From contig CBDCTZ010000016.1 in assembly GCA_965222375.1 (NCBI GenBank), positions 1,504,001 through 1,568,000 of the forward strand: 64,000 bases of DNA. The letters run 5' to 3'. Source of the DNA: Polyangiaceae bacterium. GTDB lineage: Bacteria; Myxococcota_A; Polyangia; Polyangiales; Polyangiaceae. The notes below the pieces were generated by a model, which searched no databases, had not been told where the DNA came from, and saw nothing but the letters and a program-made list of their open reading frames with translations. Position numbers and translations under genes: made by a program. Positions 10,422 to 20,566 of the stretch are shown piece after piece; the first letter of the stretch is position 1, and each line of letters begins with the position of its first letter.

Positions 10422-11066
10422 ATGGTTCCCAAGCGCGCCACAGCCCCTCATCTACGCCTCGTGGGCGTGGAGACGGCAGCGCCCGCCAAAGAGGCGGGGC
10501 CCGCGGCCAAGCTCGGCGACGCAGAGCTGGTGGCCCTGGCCCGAGATGGGCACTCGGACGCCTTCGAGGTGCTGTATCGCCGCCACGCGGGCTTCGCGCT
10601 CAATCTGGGGATCCGGGTCCAGGGCAATGGCAACGACGTGGAAGACGTCGTGCACGACGCTTTCATTCGAGCGCACCACCGCCTCGGGGAGCTTCGGGAT
10701 GCGGGCTCCTTCAAGGCTTGGATCGGCTCGATCGTGGTTCGATTGGTGCGCTCTCGGCTGCGTCGGCGGCGGCTGGTGACCAGCTTGGGGCTCGGCGCTT
10801 CGGAGCCTGTCGACCTGGATGCCATCGCCGCTCCCGGAGCCAGCCCGGAAGCGCGCGCGCAGCTCGCCCAGATTTACGCACTGATGTGCACCATGCCTGC
10901 GGATGATCGCATTGCTTGGACTCTTCGCTACGTCGAGCATCACCGGCTCGAGTCCGTGGCAGATCTGACCGGGTGCTCCCTGGCGACCGTCAAACGTCGC
11001 ATTGCCCGCGCTCAGCGCTTCTTGAGTGAACACTTCGTCGCTCCCTACGCGGAGGACACACTATGA
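10422..11066 (+). CDS. ECF sigma factor
   Basis: DAELV...AFEVLYRRH, DVEDVVHDAF (region 2), TGCSLATVKRRIARA (region 4). Confidence 0.93.
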   Translation: MVPKRATAPHLRLVGVETAAPAKEAGPAAKLGDAELVALARDGHSDAFEVLYRRHAGFALNLGIRVQGNGNDVEDVVHDAFIRAHHRLGELRDAGSFKAWIGSIVVRLVRSRLRRRRLVTSLGLGASEPVDLDAIAAPGASPEARAQLAQIYALMCTMPADDRIAWTLRYVEHHRLESVADLTGCSLATVKRRIARAQRFLSEHFVAPYAEDTL

Positions 11067-12079
11067 GTAAGTCAACGAAACTTCCCGAAATCGACGAGAG
11101 CGCGCTCCGGGATCACGGGACCGAAGAACGCATTGATCGGATCTGGGCCAAGATGGAGCCCGAGATCCAGCAGCGCCCGACTCTTTCGCGTGGTGCGCTG
11201 TGGTGGGCACCGGCCGCTATGGTCATCGTCTTCGGAGCTGGCGTGTTCGTCGGTGCGCGTTGGATGCGCCCGACGCCTCCACCATCACCAGCTTTGGCCG
11301 CGGAGCCTCCGGCTCGGGGAGACGAACCCCGCGCAGTGCCGGCTTCTCCGACCCAGGTCACGCCTGAGACTGCGTTGACGAGCAAGCGCAGCACAGTGCC
11401 AGTGCGCCGCACGCCGCCCAAGCTCGAAACCCCGGCGGAAGAGCAGCTCGAGGTCGTGGAGCCTACCTCTTCGCCGCCGACTGCCTCCCTGCCGCTCGCC
11501 GCCGGTCCGCCGGAGTGGCAGCGTCAGGCGCAGCAGGGCGAATACGCCGCTGCCAACCGAGCCCTCAAGGCTCTGGGTGGTTTTGACGCCGTGCTGCGGA
11601 GCTCCACCGCGGAGCAGCTGATGAGCCTTGTGGATGTGGCTCGCGCTACTGGGCAGCGCGGTCGCGCGGTGGCCGCACTGCGCCGCGTGGTGGAGCAATT
11701 CCCCGGGGATCCCAACGCACCCTTGGCGGCGTGGACCTTGGCAAACCTGCTCGAGCGCTCCGGGGACAAGGCGGGCGCACAAAAGGCGTTCGCAGCGTAT
11801 CGAGCCTTGTCTCCAAAGGGCGACTTCGCGGAAGATGCGCTCGCGCGCCAGGTCGAAGCTACCCTGGAGCAAGGCAACCTGGAACTCGCCAAGAAGCTCG
11901 CGGCCCAGTATGAGAAGGACTTCCCTAAGGGGCGCAGGCTCCGTGAGCTCAAAGCAGAGCTCGCCCGGAAGACCGGCGCCGCGGCCGAAGAAGAGCTCGA
12001 TGGCGGAGCCAAGCCCGCGGTCGAGACTCCCAGTGGCGAACCCGAGGAAGAGGCGCCGACTCCTTCCCCTGGGCACTAG
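11063..12079 (+). CDS. Putative anti-sigma factor with one TM segment and a TPR-like periplasmic domain
   Basis: Overlaps ECF stop; TM segment, Pro-rich linker, AEDALAR..Y...FP.G TPR-like motif. Confidence 0.75.
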   Translation: MSKSTKLPEIDESALRDHGTEERIDRIWAKMEPEIQQRPTLSRGALWWAPAAMVIVFGAGVFVGARWMRPTPPPSPALAAEPPARGDEPRAVPASPTQVTPETALTSKRSTVPVRRTPPKLETPAEEQLEVVEPTSSPPTASLPLAAGPPEWQRQAQQGEYAAANRALKALGGFDAVLRSSTAEQLMSLVDVARATGQRGRAVAALRRVVEQFPGDPNAPLAAWTLANLLERSGDKAGAQKAFAAYRALSPKGDFAEDALARQVEATLEQGNLELAKKLAAQYEKDFPKGRRLRELKAELARKTGAAAEEELDGGAKPAVETPSGEPEEEAPTPSPGH

Positions 12080-13019
12080 CGCGGCGCTGCTCACCGCTGC
12101 GTGGTCGGCACAGGCCACGCCGCCCAAGGTCGTGGTCGAGATCACGCCAAAGGCACAAAAGCGACTGGATGCGGAGCTGGCGCGCCGGCTGATCAAGATC
12201 GAGCTGGGTGACATCGATGTGCCGCCACGATCCACCGATCCCTATCCGCAAGCGATGAGTACGGTGTTCTTTCGGGTGCTGGTTCCGGCCCCGGATCGAT
12301 TGCATGTGGAACTCTGGGATCGCGGTGACTTCTACGGGGCGCGCAGGGTCAGCGTGACGGGAAGCGCGCGACTGCGCTCGCGGCGGATCGCCCTGGGGGC
12401 GGCAGAACTCGCCCGGCGCTTGCGACAGCGTCGCGTGGCCCACGCACGGCGCATCGAGCAGGACGAGCAGCGCGCGCTCGCCGCCGAACAAAAGGCAGAA
12501 CGCGAGCGACGGCTGCAGGGTGTGACGCTGACGGGGGGTGCCAAGGGTGCCTACGTGAGCAGTGCCGGTTGGCTCGCTGGCCCGGTATTGTCTGGCGGCC
12601 ATCGCTTTGTCGGCGGTTCGCGCGTGGCTCTCTCCCTCGCGGCGTACACTGGACAGGCCAGTGACATCGAGGTTGCTCCTGGCTGGCGCTGGTTGGAAGT
12701 GGGACTACGGGGCGGCCACGGCTTCCGAGTCGGCGAGCAGACCGACCTCACTTTGGGCGCGGAGGTCGCGGCTGCCGCTGTGCGCGTGACCGAAGTTCCA
12801 AGCGTGGATGACGTGAGTGGCCAGTCCGATACTTGGTCGGCACGGGCGGGGCTGAATCTGCGCTTGGAGCAACGGGTGGGGTCCAAGGCGTTCCTCGCCG
12901 CGGGGCCGGACGTTGGGGTGGTGCTTCGCCCAGTGCCCGTGTTGGACACGGTCGGCGACAAGCAGAGCTTGGGTGGCATTTGGCTCGGGCTTGGGGCCGA
13001 GCTTGCGCTTTCGCCTTGA
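12000..13019 (+). CDS. Secreted or outer-membrane protein of the ECF operon (start uncertain)
   Basis: Signal-like RRRLLPLGTSAALLTAAWSAQA; amphipathic beta-strand C-terminal half. Confidence 0.6.
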   Translation: MAEPSPRSRLPVANPRKRRRLLPLGTSAALLTAAWSAQATPPKVVVEITPKAQKRLDAELARRLIKIELGDIDVPPRSTDPYPQAMSTVFFRVLVPAPDRLHVELWDRGDFYGARRVSVTGSARLRSRRIALGAAELARRLRQRRVAHARRIEQDEQRALAAEQKAERERRLQGVTLTGGAKGAYVSSAGWLAGPVLSGGHRFVGGSRVALSLAAYTGQASDIEVAPGWRWLEVGLRGGHGFRVGEQTDLTLGAEVAAAAVRVTEVPSVDDVSGQSDTWSARAGLNLRLEQRVGSKAFLAAGPDVGVVLRPVPVLDTVGDKQSLGGIWLGLGAELALSP

Positions 13020-13065
13020 GTGGCGCCAGGCTCGCGGGGTCATCGTCCCGGACAGCTGATCTTGC

Positions 13066-13332
13066 TCACCCGGCGTGGGTCACACGCGCGCGGTGCTTAC
13101 GAGACAGGTTGATGAAACGTCCCTCTACTCTAAACGGGCGCTGCGGGTCGGTGTCCGTGCGCTTGCTGCCGCGCACTTTGACTTCGTAGCGCAGACCTTC
13201 GCCCTGTAATTCGCCGCGCAGGGTCGAGCCCGGTGGAAACGCACGGCTGGAGTGCAGGCTGACGAAGTTGCCGTCAGTCGTTTCGATACTGGCGCTCCCA
13301 TCGCCATCGAGATCAAACAGCAGCGGGCTCAC
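13066..13332 (-). CDS. Small hypothetical protein (PilZ-like) coupled to smpB
   Basis: GTGA overlap with smpB stop; SSRAFPPGS...VKVRG...FRVEGRFINL. Confidence 0.6.
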   Translation of the reverse strand: MSPLLFDLDGDGSASIETTDGNFVSLHSSRAFPPGSTLRGELQGEGLRYEVKVRGSKRTDTDPQRPFRVEGRFINLSRKHRARVTHAG

Positions 13333-13811
13333 TGGTCTCGACCCCGGCGGATCGCTGCTCGTGCTTCCCGAGCTGACTCTCGAGCCTTGATCGTATGGCG
13401 CTTGTCGTGTTGCTTCTTGCCGCGCCCGACGCTGATCTCGACCTTGGCGCGGCTGTTCTTGAAGTAGCACTTGGTCGCAATCAGCGTGAGCCCGTCACGT
13501 TCGACGCGGCCGCGCAGATTGTCGATCTGCGCCCGGTGCAGGAGAAGCTTGCGGTGGCGCTTCTCTTCATGGGCGAAGGCGGCATTTTTCAACATCGGGA
13601 TGCGCATTCCTTTGAGCCACGCCTCATTGCGGTTGAAGTCGACCCAGGCGTCGCTCAAGTCTGCGCCGAACTCGCGAAGCGCGCGGACTTCGCTGCCGAT
13701 CAGCATCAAGCCTGCTTCGGTCGGATCCGACAGGAAGTAGTCGTAGCGGGCGCGTCGGTTGGTTGCGACCACCCGATCCCCGAACACTTTCTTGTCGGCC
13801 TTCTTCGCCAT
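13329..13811 (-). CDS. smpB: SsrA-binding protein
   Basis: ATNRRARYDY, EAGLMLIGSEVRALR, RKLLLHR, GKKQHDKR. Confidence 0.96.
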   Translation of the reverse strand: MAKKADKKVFGDRVVATNRRARYDYFLSDPTEAGLMLIGSEVRALREFGADLSDAWVDFNRNEAWLKGMRIPMLKNAAFAHEEKRHRKLLLHRAQIDNLRGRVERDGLTLIATKCYFKNSRAKVEISVGRGKKQHDKRHTIKARESAREARAAIRRGRDQ

Positions 13812-13990
13812 TTTCGAAGCGGGATTACGCGGTTTGCGATGTGCTTGGCAAGGTGATCCACTGGGCCGCGGTACGCTCGGCCCGACCATCGGTTGGCTCC
13901 AGCAGCCCAAGATCGACCGGGATCTCACCCAAAAAGCGTGGAAAAGGCGTTTCCGCTCAGAGTGGAACGCCGGTTGCACTTCCCCGGGGA

Positions 13991-15607
13991 ATGAGACGCT
14001 CAATTCTATGCTTGATCGCTCTCGGGAGCGTTCTGGTCATGGCCTGCGCGACGGCAGAGTCGCCTCCGCTAGGTGGCCAGCAGCACTTGGACAGATGCGG
14101 ACCTTCGGACCAAGCCTGTGACTCCGAGTGTGTGAACTTCGGCTTGGATCCGGCCAATTGCGGCGGCTGCGGCATCCAGTGTGCGGCGGGCGAAGTTTGC
14201 TCTGCTGGGAGTTGCGGCACGTCGTGTTGGGGCAACGAGAGCATCTGCGATGGCCGGTGCACCTCATTGGCTACAGACTCCGAAAACTGCGGGGCGTGCG
14301 GCAATGCATGCCCGCAGGGCCAGCTTTGCTCTGAGGGCAGCTGTGGTCTCGAGTGCAACGGCACGTCGAAGAAGTGCGGGGACAGCTGCGCAGATCTCCG
14401 AAACGACACGGCAAACTGCGGCAGCTGCGGCTTCATCTGTGCGGTTGGGGAACAGTGCGTGACCGGAGAGTGCACGCCGGTGTGCAGCGGCGAGTTCACC
14501 AATTGCGGTGGGAGCTGTGTGGACACTCAGACAAACCCGTCTCATTGCGGCGCCTGCGGCGTGACCTGCACCGAGAGTGAGGCGTGCGTGGGCGGCAGCT
14601 GCGTCTCGTTGGGCCAGGGTGGCGCTAGCGGAACGGGTGGCGCCGCGGGCAGCGCTGGGGCCGGAGCAACGGGTGGCAGCGGCGCGGCTGGAGCAGGAGC
14701 GACGGGTGGCGGCGGAGCGGGTGGCGCAGGGGCGACGGGTGGCGGCGGCGCGGCTGGAGCAGGAGCGACCGGTGGTACTGGTGGCACCACGGCTTGCACA
14801 CGTACGAACCACGCGACCGGCGCGGCCGTCAGTGCCTCGAGCACCTTGACGGGGCACAAACTCAGTGCGGTCAACGATGGCGTTGCCAACACCGCCCTGG
14901 GGCCAAACACCACCTGGGCCAGTGGTTCGGGTCAGAGCATGCCGCAATGGGTCGAACTTCAATGGAGCAAGCCAGAGCTGATTGGTCGAATCGACGTTGC
15001 GATGCCCAAATACGGTGAAATGCCGGACTTCGACATCTTGGTCCACGATGGGACGACATTCGTGGCCGTCGCGCAGATCCGAAACAACTATGCGCAAGTC
15101 GTTTCAGCCACATTCACCAACCGCACCACAACTCGGGTGCGCATCAAAGCGCTCAAGGCGGCCGCGACGACCGGTCGCGCCTACATCAACGAGGTGAGCA
15201 TCTTTTCCAATCAAGCACGAGATGCCACGCCGAGCGCTCAATCCACCTTCGCCGGCTATTCCGTCACGGCCCCGATTGACGGCAACCGCAATACGGCGCT
15301 CGGCAACGCCTACAGCTGGACCAATACCGACAGCCTGGCGCAGTGGTACCAACTGGACTTCGGCGAGTGTCGACGCTTCGACCGAGTCGTGCTGTTCACC
15401 ACAGCGAGCTATCCGATCTCAGACTACGACATTCAATACTGGGACGGCAGCAGCTGGAAGACGGCCAAATCCGTGACCGGCAACACGGCACCCGCCGTGG
15501 GGAGCGTGTTTGGCGAAGTCAGCGCAACCAAGATGCGCATCTTGGCAAAGAAGGGGCCGAGTAAGCAGACGAAGCACGCGCGCCTGAACGAGGTCGAGGT
15601 GTACTGA
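13991..15607 (+). CDS. Lipoprotein with Cys-rich (D..NCG.CG..C) repeats and two F5/8-C discoidin domains
   Basis: Lipobox VMAC; four D/N..N/HCG.CG repeats; Gly/Ala linker; two discoidin-like domains ending INEV/LNEVEVY. Confidence 0.85.
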   Translation: MRRSILCLIALGSVLVMACATAESPPLGGQQHLDRCGPSDQACDSECVNFGLDPANCGGCGIQCAAGEVCSAGSCGTSCWGNESICDGRCTSLATDSENCGACGNACPQGQLCSEGSCGLECNGTSKKCGDSCADLRNDTANCGSCGFICAVGEQCVTGECTPVCSGEFTNCGGSCVDTQTNPSHCGACGVTCTESEACVGGSCVSLGQGGASGTGGAAGSAGAGATGGSGAAGAGATGGGGAGGAGATGGGGAAGAGATGGTGGTTACTRTNHATGAAVSASSTLTGHKLSAVNDGVANTALGPNTTWASGSGQSMPQWVELQWSKPELIGRIDVAMPKYGEMPDFDILVHDGTTFVAVAQIRNNYAQVVSATFTNRTTTRVRIKALKAAATTGRAYINEVSIFSNQARDATPSAQSTFAGYSVTAPIDGNRNTALGNAYSWTNTDSLAQWYQLDFGECRRFDRVVLFTTASYPISDYDIQYWDGSSWKTAKSVTGNTAPAVGSVFGEVSATKMRILAKKGPSKQTKHARLNEVEVY

Positions 15608-15702
15608 CCGTGCCGGGATTGCGGCGACGCCGCCGTTGCCCGGCGCCGGCTCCTACCGTGCCGCTGGTTGTGCAACCGGAACCATCGTGAGAGCCTCAAT
15701 TC

Positions 15703-16620
15703 ATGCGCATCGCCGTTCGGCTCGTGTCGTGCTTCGTCGTGTGCGCCACCCTGGCGTGTAACAAGAAGCCCAATGCAGCGCCGGAAGTCACTGCCGAGGA
15801 CCGAAGCGCCACCGGTGCCGCTGTTGTAGAAAGCCCTAGCTCCACCCCGAGCGCAGCGTCGCCCGCCGTGAACGCAGCCGCTCCGCCAAAGACCCAACCG
15901 GGCGCCGCTCCGAGCGCCAGCGCAAAGCCCCGGCCGTCCATCATTGTCAAAGTCCTACCTCCGCCAACCCCAGTGACTGGGCCGCCGACCGGCGACGTGA
16001 TCCGTGGCAAGCGCCCGGCCGGCTTTGCGCTGCTCCGAAAGGCGACCTTGCTCGAGGTGTCCGAGCAGTGGAACGGGATGGGCCCAACTCGTCATGTCGT
16101 CATCCGATTGGAGCGTAAAGGCGCGCGCTTCATCTATCAGGCCAAGGTCACGCCCATGGCCGGCGGGCTCGGAGAGCGGATCCCCGACCCGACCGCACCC
16201 AAAGGCGAATCGCCGCCGTGTGTTTGCGCCGTGGACAAGAGCTGTGCGTGCGAATACGCGCGCAATCCAACGCGCAAATCAGGCAGCGTCCCCAAGGCAG
16301 CCGTCGAGAACTTTCTTGGCGTCGTGGCCGCCTACGCAATCGACCCGGACTACACGGACGAGCGCCGCCGCCGCTGGACCGACGACTACCCCAAAGGCCA
16401 TGTCGCTGTTTGGATCCCCGGCCGCAAAGCCCCCATCCATCTCTCCTTCCTGGATCAACGGCGTCGCTGGCGCGCCGACGGCAAGTATCTCAAGTCCGAA
16501 CCCCCCGCTAAAATCCGCCGCACCAGCCATCCCCGCATCAACAAGGCGTTTCGGAAGATGTTGGACGACATCGGCCTCGAGAAGTGGACCGCGAATTACC
16601 GCGGTAGGAAGGGGCTTTGA
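15703..16620 (+). CDS. Hypothetical lipoprotein
   Basis: LAC lipobox, Pro/Ala linker. Confidence 0.7.
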   Translation: MRIAVRLVSCFVVCATLACNKKPNAAPEVTAEDRSATGAAVVESPSSTPSAASPAVNAAAPPKTQPGAAPSASAKPRPSIIVKVLPPPTPVTGPPTGDVIRGKRPAGFALLRKATLLEVSEQWNGMGPTRHVVIRLERKGARFIYQAKVTPMAGGLGERIPDPTAPKGESPPCVCAVDKSCACEYARNPTRKSGSVPKAAVENFLGVVAAYAIDPDYTDERRRRWTDDYPKGHVAVWIPGRKAPIHLSFLDQRRRWRADGKYLKSEPPAKIRRTSHPRINKAFRKMLDDIGLEKWTANYRGRKGL

Positions 16621-16714
16621 TTCCGCCAACAACTCGGCCGCGCACTGCTCGGGTTGTGTTGCGTCTCGATGGACGGTGGTGGCGTTCAGTTTGCCTGCCG
16701 CTGAGCGCGGTGCT

Positions 16715-17506
16715 TCACGCCCAGCGGCGGCGACGCTTGTAGCGCCTGAATCCCTTGATCGAGTCCGCCTGCTTGATGCCGAGATAGAACTCCCGCACGT
16801 CAGGGTTTTCTTCCAGCTCCGCCGACGTGCCACTCAGCACGACCCGGCCCGCCTCGAGAATGTAGGCGTGCTCCGTAAAGGACAGCGCAATCTGCGCATT
16901 TTGCTCTACCAGCAGAATGGCGATGCCTTCGTCGGCCAGCTCCCGCAAGATCTCGAAAATCTCCTGCACGACGAGGGGCGCCAGCCCCAGGGACGGTTCA
17001 TCGAGCAACAGCACCCGCGGGCGGCTCATCAGCGCCCGTCCGATCGCCAGCATTTGCTGTTCGCCGCCGCTGAGGGTTCCCGCTAGTTGAGCGTGACGCT
17101 CCCGCAGCCGGGAGAAGCGCCCGAAGACGCGCTCGAGACTCTCGGGGATGCTGCTCGCGGGCTCCACCCAGGCGCCCATCACCAGGTTCTCGCGAACCGT
17201 GAGATCCGGAAACACTTCACGCCCTTCGGGCACGCACGCAACCCCATGTTGAACCCGTCGCCCGGTGTCCCAGTCGTCGATGCGAGCGCCGTCCACGATC
17301 ACTTCGCCGCGCTCTGGCTGATCATCGATCAGGCCCATCACCGTCCGGATCAGGGTACTCTTGCCGGCGCCATTGGGACCGAGCACCGCCACTCGGCCTC
17401 CCGCTTCGAGCTCGACGGTCACTCCCCGGAGCACCTGGACGTACTTGTTGTAGAAGACCTCCAGGTTCTTGCAGACGAGCAGCGCGGGCTCGGAGTTGCC
17501 ACTCAC
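16715..17506 (-). CDS. livF: Branched-chain-type ABC transporter ATPase (LivF-like)
   Basis: GPNGAGKST, LSGGEQQMLAIGRALM, LDEPSLGLAP. Confidence 0.92.
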   Translation of the reverse strand: MSGNSEPALLVCKNLEVFYNKYVQVLRGVTVELEAGGRVAVLGPNGAGKSTLIRTVMGLIDDQPERGEVIVDGARIDDWDTGRRVQHGVACVPEGREVFPDLTVRENLVMGAWVEPASSIPESLERVFGRFSRLRERHAQLAGTLSGGEQQMLAIGRALMSRPRVLLLDEPSLGLAPLVVQEIFEILRELADEGIAILLVEQNAQIALSFTEHAYILEAGRVVLSGTSAELEENPDVREFYLGIKQADSIKGFRRYKRRRRWA

Positions 17507-18309
17507 GACGCTTCTTCCCGTTCGGGAGTCACCGCATCTTCGCCCAGGTAAGCGCGAATCACGTCGGGGTTCTGGGTGACTTCGGTGGGCTCTCCGTCGG
17601 CGATCTTTTCCCCATGATCGAAGACGATGACGCGGTCGCTGATCCCCATCACCAGACCCATGTCGTGCTCCACCAGAACGACCGTCACATCCATCTCATC
17701 GCGGATGTCGCGTACGGCGTGGACCATGTCCTCTTTCTCTTCGGCGTTCATGCCCGCGCTGGGCTCGTCGAGCAGCAACAGCCGCGGCTCGAGCGCCAAG
17801 GCGCGCGCCATTTCCACCTTCTTCCTGACGCCGTAAGGCAAGTGCATCACGTATCGGTCCCGGGCGAACTGCAGGTCGAGAAGGTCCAAGATCTCCTCCG
17901 CCCGCCTCCGCTCACGCACTTCCTCTTCCCGCACTCGCTTCGAGAACAACAAGCTCGCGAGGGGCCCGGCGGTCATGTGACGGTGGCGGCCCAACAAGAT
18001 GTTGTCGAGCACCGTCATCCGCGCGAAGAGCTCGATGTTCTGGAAGGTGCGGGCCACTCCGAGTTCGGCAACCCGATGCGGCTTGAGTCCAGTCAGTGAC
18101 GTTCCGTCGATGCTGATCTCTCCCTCATCGGCCCGGTAGACCCCGGTGACGCAGTTGAAGAAGGTGGTCTTGCCAGCACCGTTGGGCCCGATCACTGCGA
18201 CGATCGCGCCGCGCGGGATCTCGAGGGACACTCCGTTGAGAGCTCGGATCCCGCCGAACGCGATGCTGACCTGGCGGGCGATCAGGAGCGGACCCTCCGC
18301 GGCGTTCAC
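17503..18309 (-). CDS. livG: Branched-chain-type ABC transporter ATPase (LivG-like)
   Basis: GPNGAGKTT, ARTFQN, LDEPSAG, VEHDM; GTG start overlapping upstream stop. Confidence 0.92.
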   Translation of the reverse strand: MNAAEGPLLIARQVSIAFGGIRALNGVSLEIPRGAIVAVIGPNGAGKTTFFNCVTGVYRADEGEISIDGTSLTGLKPHRVAELGVARTFQNIELFARMTVLDNILLGRHRHMTAGPLASLLFSKRVREEEVRERRRAEEILDLLDLQFARDRYVMHLPYGVRKKVEMARALALEPRLLLLDEPSAGMNAEEKEDMVHAVRDIRDEMDVTVVLVEHDMGLVMGISDRVIVFDHGEKIADGEPTEVTQNPDVIRAYLGEDAVTPEREEAS

Positions 18310-19580
18310 TTCGGTGGCTCGAGCCAATCCGTCAGCTTTTCCCACTTACCGCCTTTGGCTTCGGCCACGTACACCTTGTTGGACCCCAGCCGACGTTCCG
18401 CCGTGAACGTGATCTGCGGACCCAGCGCGCCAGCCTCCCAATGGGGGCCGCCGCTGTCCCAGTCCTTCATGCCGTGAAGCGCCTTGTAGAAGCTCTCTCG
18501 GGTCAGCTCTTTGCCGGCGCCATTGAGCGCTTCGGTGAACGGCATCGCGAATAGGAAGCCCGCCATGGTGAAGGTCCCTGGCGGAGTCTTCTCGCCCGCC
18601 CCGTGCTTCTGCAGGATTTCTTTGTACTTCTTGATCGCGGCGTCATCCGAGTCGGGCAGTTTCGAGACCGCGCTGGTGATCGTGCCTTCCCAGGCGTCGC
18701 CGGCGAGCTTGAACAGGATTGGGTCGCTCAGCACGAAGCTGGTGAGGACTTTTGGCTTCTTCTTCTGCGCGACCAGCGTTTTCACCACGGTGATGGCCTG
18801 CTTCGGTGCGGCGTAGAGCACCAATACATCAGGGTTCTTGGCAGCGATCTGGCTGGCTTGGCCGCTCAGATCCGTATCCGTGGGCTGAGTCGACACCTCG
18901 ACTACTACCTCGGCGCCCTCGTTGTGGCCGACGCCCTTCTTGACGCCCTCCAGACCCTGCTTGCCGAAGTCATCGTCCTGGTAGAGCACCGCGATCTTCT
19001 TGGCTTTCAGATCCTTGGCCGCGTAGTTACCGAGTATCTCCCCCTCGGTGAGGTATTTCGGGAAGACCGTGTAGACGTTCTTCTTGCCACCCTCGGACCA
19101 GAAGCGATCGCCCGAGGCCGGGGTGAAGAACGGAACGCCTTTCGTCTCCAGGTAGTCAGCGACAGCGCGTCCGTTCGCGGTGCCAATGCCGCCAACGATG
19201 GCGAAGACGTTCTCTTTTTCGACCAACTCACGCGCGACTGCTGGCGTCTTTGAGGGGTTGTATTGGTCGTCACGATAGATGAACTCGATCTTGCGCCCGT
19301 TCACGCCGCCCTTTTCGTTGACGTACTTGAAGTAGGCCTCCATGCCTTTGAGCACCGTGCCCCATTGAGCGGCCGGTCCGGAAAGCGGACCCCAGCTGCC
19401 GATCTTGATGGAAGTATCGGTGACGCCGGGAACGCCGGCGGCCTTGGCGCTCGGAGCCGGTGCGGGCTTGTCGGCACTGCTGATGCCTTTGCCGGCAGGC
19501 TCGCGTTTCTCACAACCAAAAGCCATGGCGCCGAGCGCGAGCGCAGCGAACCAGGTTCTACGCGACAACACAGAATTCAT
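18306..19580 (-). CDS. ABC transporter substrate-binding lipoprotein (LivJ/K family)
   Basis: PGVTDTSIKIG..GPLSGPAA, GGVNGRKI....DDQY. Confidence 0.92.
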   Translation of the reverse strand: MNSVLSRRTWFAALALGAMAFGCEKREPAGKGISSADKPAPAPSAKAAGVPGVTDTSIKIGSWGPLSGPAAQWGTVLKGMEAYFKYVNEKGGVNGRKIEFIYRDDQYNPSKTPAVARELVEKENVFAIVGGIGTANGRAVADYLETKGVPFFTPASGDRFWSEGGKKNVYTVFPKYLTEGEILGNYAAKDLKAKKIAVLYQDDDFGKQGLEGVKKGVGHNEGAEVVVEVSTQPTDTDLSGQASQIAAKNPDVLVLYAAPKQAITVVKTLVAQKKKPKVLTSFVLSDPILFKLAGDAWEGTITSAVSKLPDSDDAAIKKYKEILQKHGAGEKTPPGTFTMAGFLFAMPFTEALNGAGKELTRESFYKALHGMKDWDSGGPHWEAGALGPQITFTAERRLGSNKVYVAEAKGGKWEKLTDWLEPPK

Positions 19581-19677
19581 CGGTCCCTCTCCTCTTTTCT
19601 GACGGCTCAGCCCGGGGCGGAGCGGCTTGCCACGTAACTCGATCGCGCTGCGCGAAGCAACCGAAACAGAAGCGGCG

Positions 19678-20559
19678 TCAGACCTTCTTCAGTCGGTGCT
19701 TGCCCAGCAGCCCTTCGGGACGCACCACCAGCACCACGACGATGATGACGAAGGCGATCGTCGCCTGAAATTCCGTGGAGATATACGCGCCTGCCAGCGC
19801 CTCGATCACCCCCAGCAGCCAGGCACCGATGATCGCCCCGGCCACCGAACTCATGCCGCCCAATACCGCGGCGGCGAACGCCTTTAGCAGCGGTGAGAAC
19901 ATCATGGCTGGGTCCAGGAACAGCTTGGGGACGATCAACAGACCTGCGACCGCTCCCAGCATCGTGGCGATCCCCCAGGTGAGGGCGTGGACTCGTGCCA
20001 CTCTCACTCCCATCAGTTGCGCTGCAGTTTCATTCTGTTGCACGGCGCGCAGGGCAATTCCGGCGCGGGTGAAGCGAAAGAACACCGCCAGCAACAACGC
20101 CGTCGCAATGGCGGAACCGATGATCCACGCGTCGTGAACGCCGAGATGCACGCCACTCAGCAGCTCGAAGCTCTTCGGCTCGGCAAAGAAGTGATGGAAC
20201 TCCTTCACGTCGGCGCCCCAGATCGCGGCGGCCGCTCCTTCGGACACCATCAGCAGCCCGATGGTGACCATCACCACCGCGTGGCTGCCGCCCTCGCGGG
20301 CGCGATGCAAGGCTGCGCGATAGACCACGGCACCTAGGCCAAAGGCGAACACGAGCGACGCGGCGATGGCCAATCCAAAGCCCAGGCCGAGCTTGGTGGC
20401 CACATGGTAGGCCACGAAGGTCGACACCATCGCGAAGGAGCCGTGGGCGAAGTTCAGAACATCGCTGCTCTTGTAGACGAGCACGATCCCCACGGCGAGC
20501 AACGCGTACAGGCTGCCCGCCGAAAGGCCATTGACGATGTCTTGTAGGAGCCGCTCCAT
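19678..20559 (-). CDS. livH: ABC permease (LivH-like)
   Basis: GSLYALLAVG, LNFAHG, KAFAAAVLGG, RPEGLLG. Confidence 0.92.
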   Translation of the reverse strand: MERLLQDIVNGLSAGSLYALLAVGIVLVYKSSDVLNFAHGSFAMVSTFVAYHVATKLGLGFGLAIAASLVFAFGLGAVVYRAALHRAREGGSHAVVMVTIGLLMVSEGAAAAIWGADVKEFHHFFAEPKSFELLSGVHLGVHDAWIIGSAIATALLLAVFFRFTRAGIALRAVQQNETAAQLMGVRVARVHALTWGIATMLGAVAGLLIVPKLFLDPAMMFSPLLKAFAAAVLGGMSSVAGAIIGAWLLGVIEALAGAYISTEFQATIAFVIIVVVLVVRPEGLLGKHRLKKV

Positions 20560-20566
20560 CTCCACC

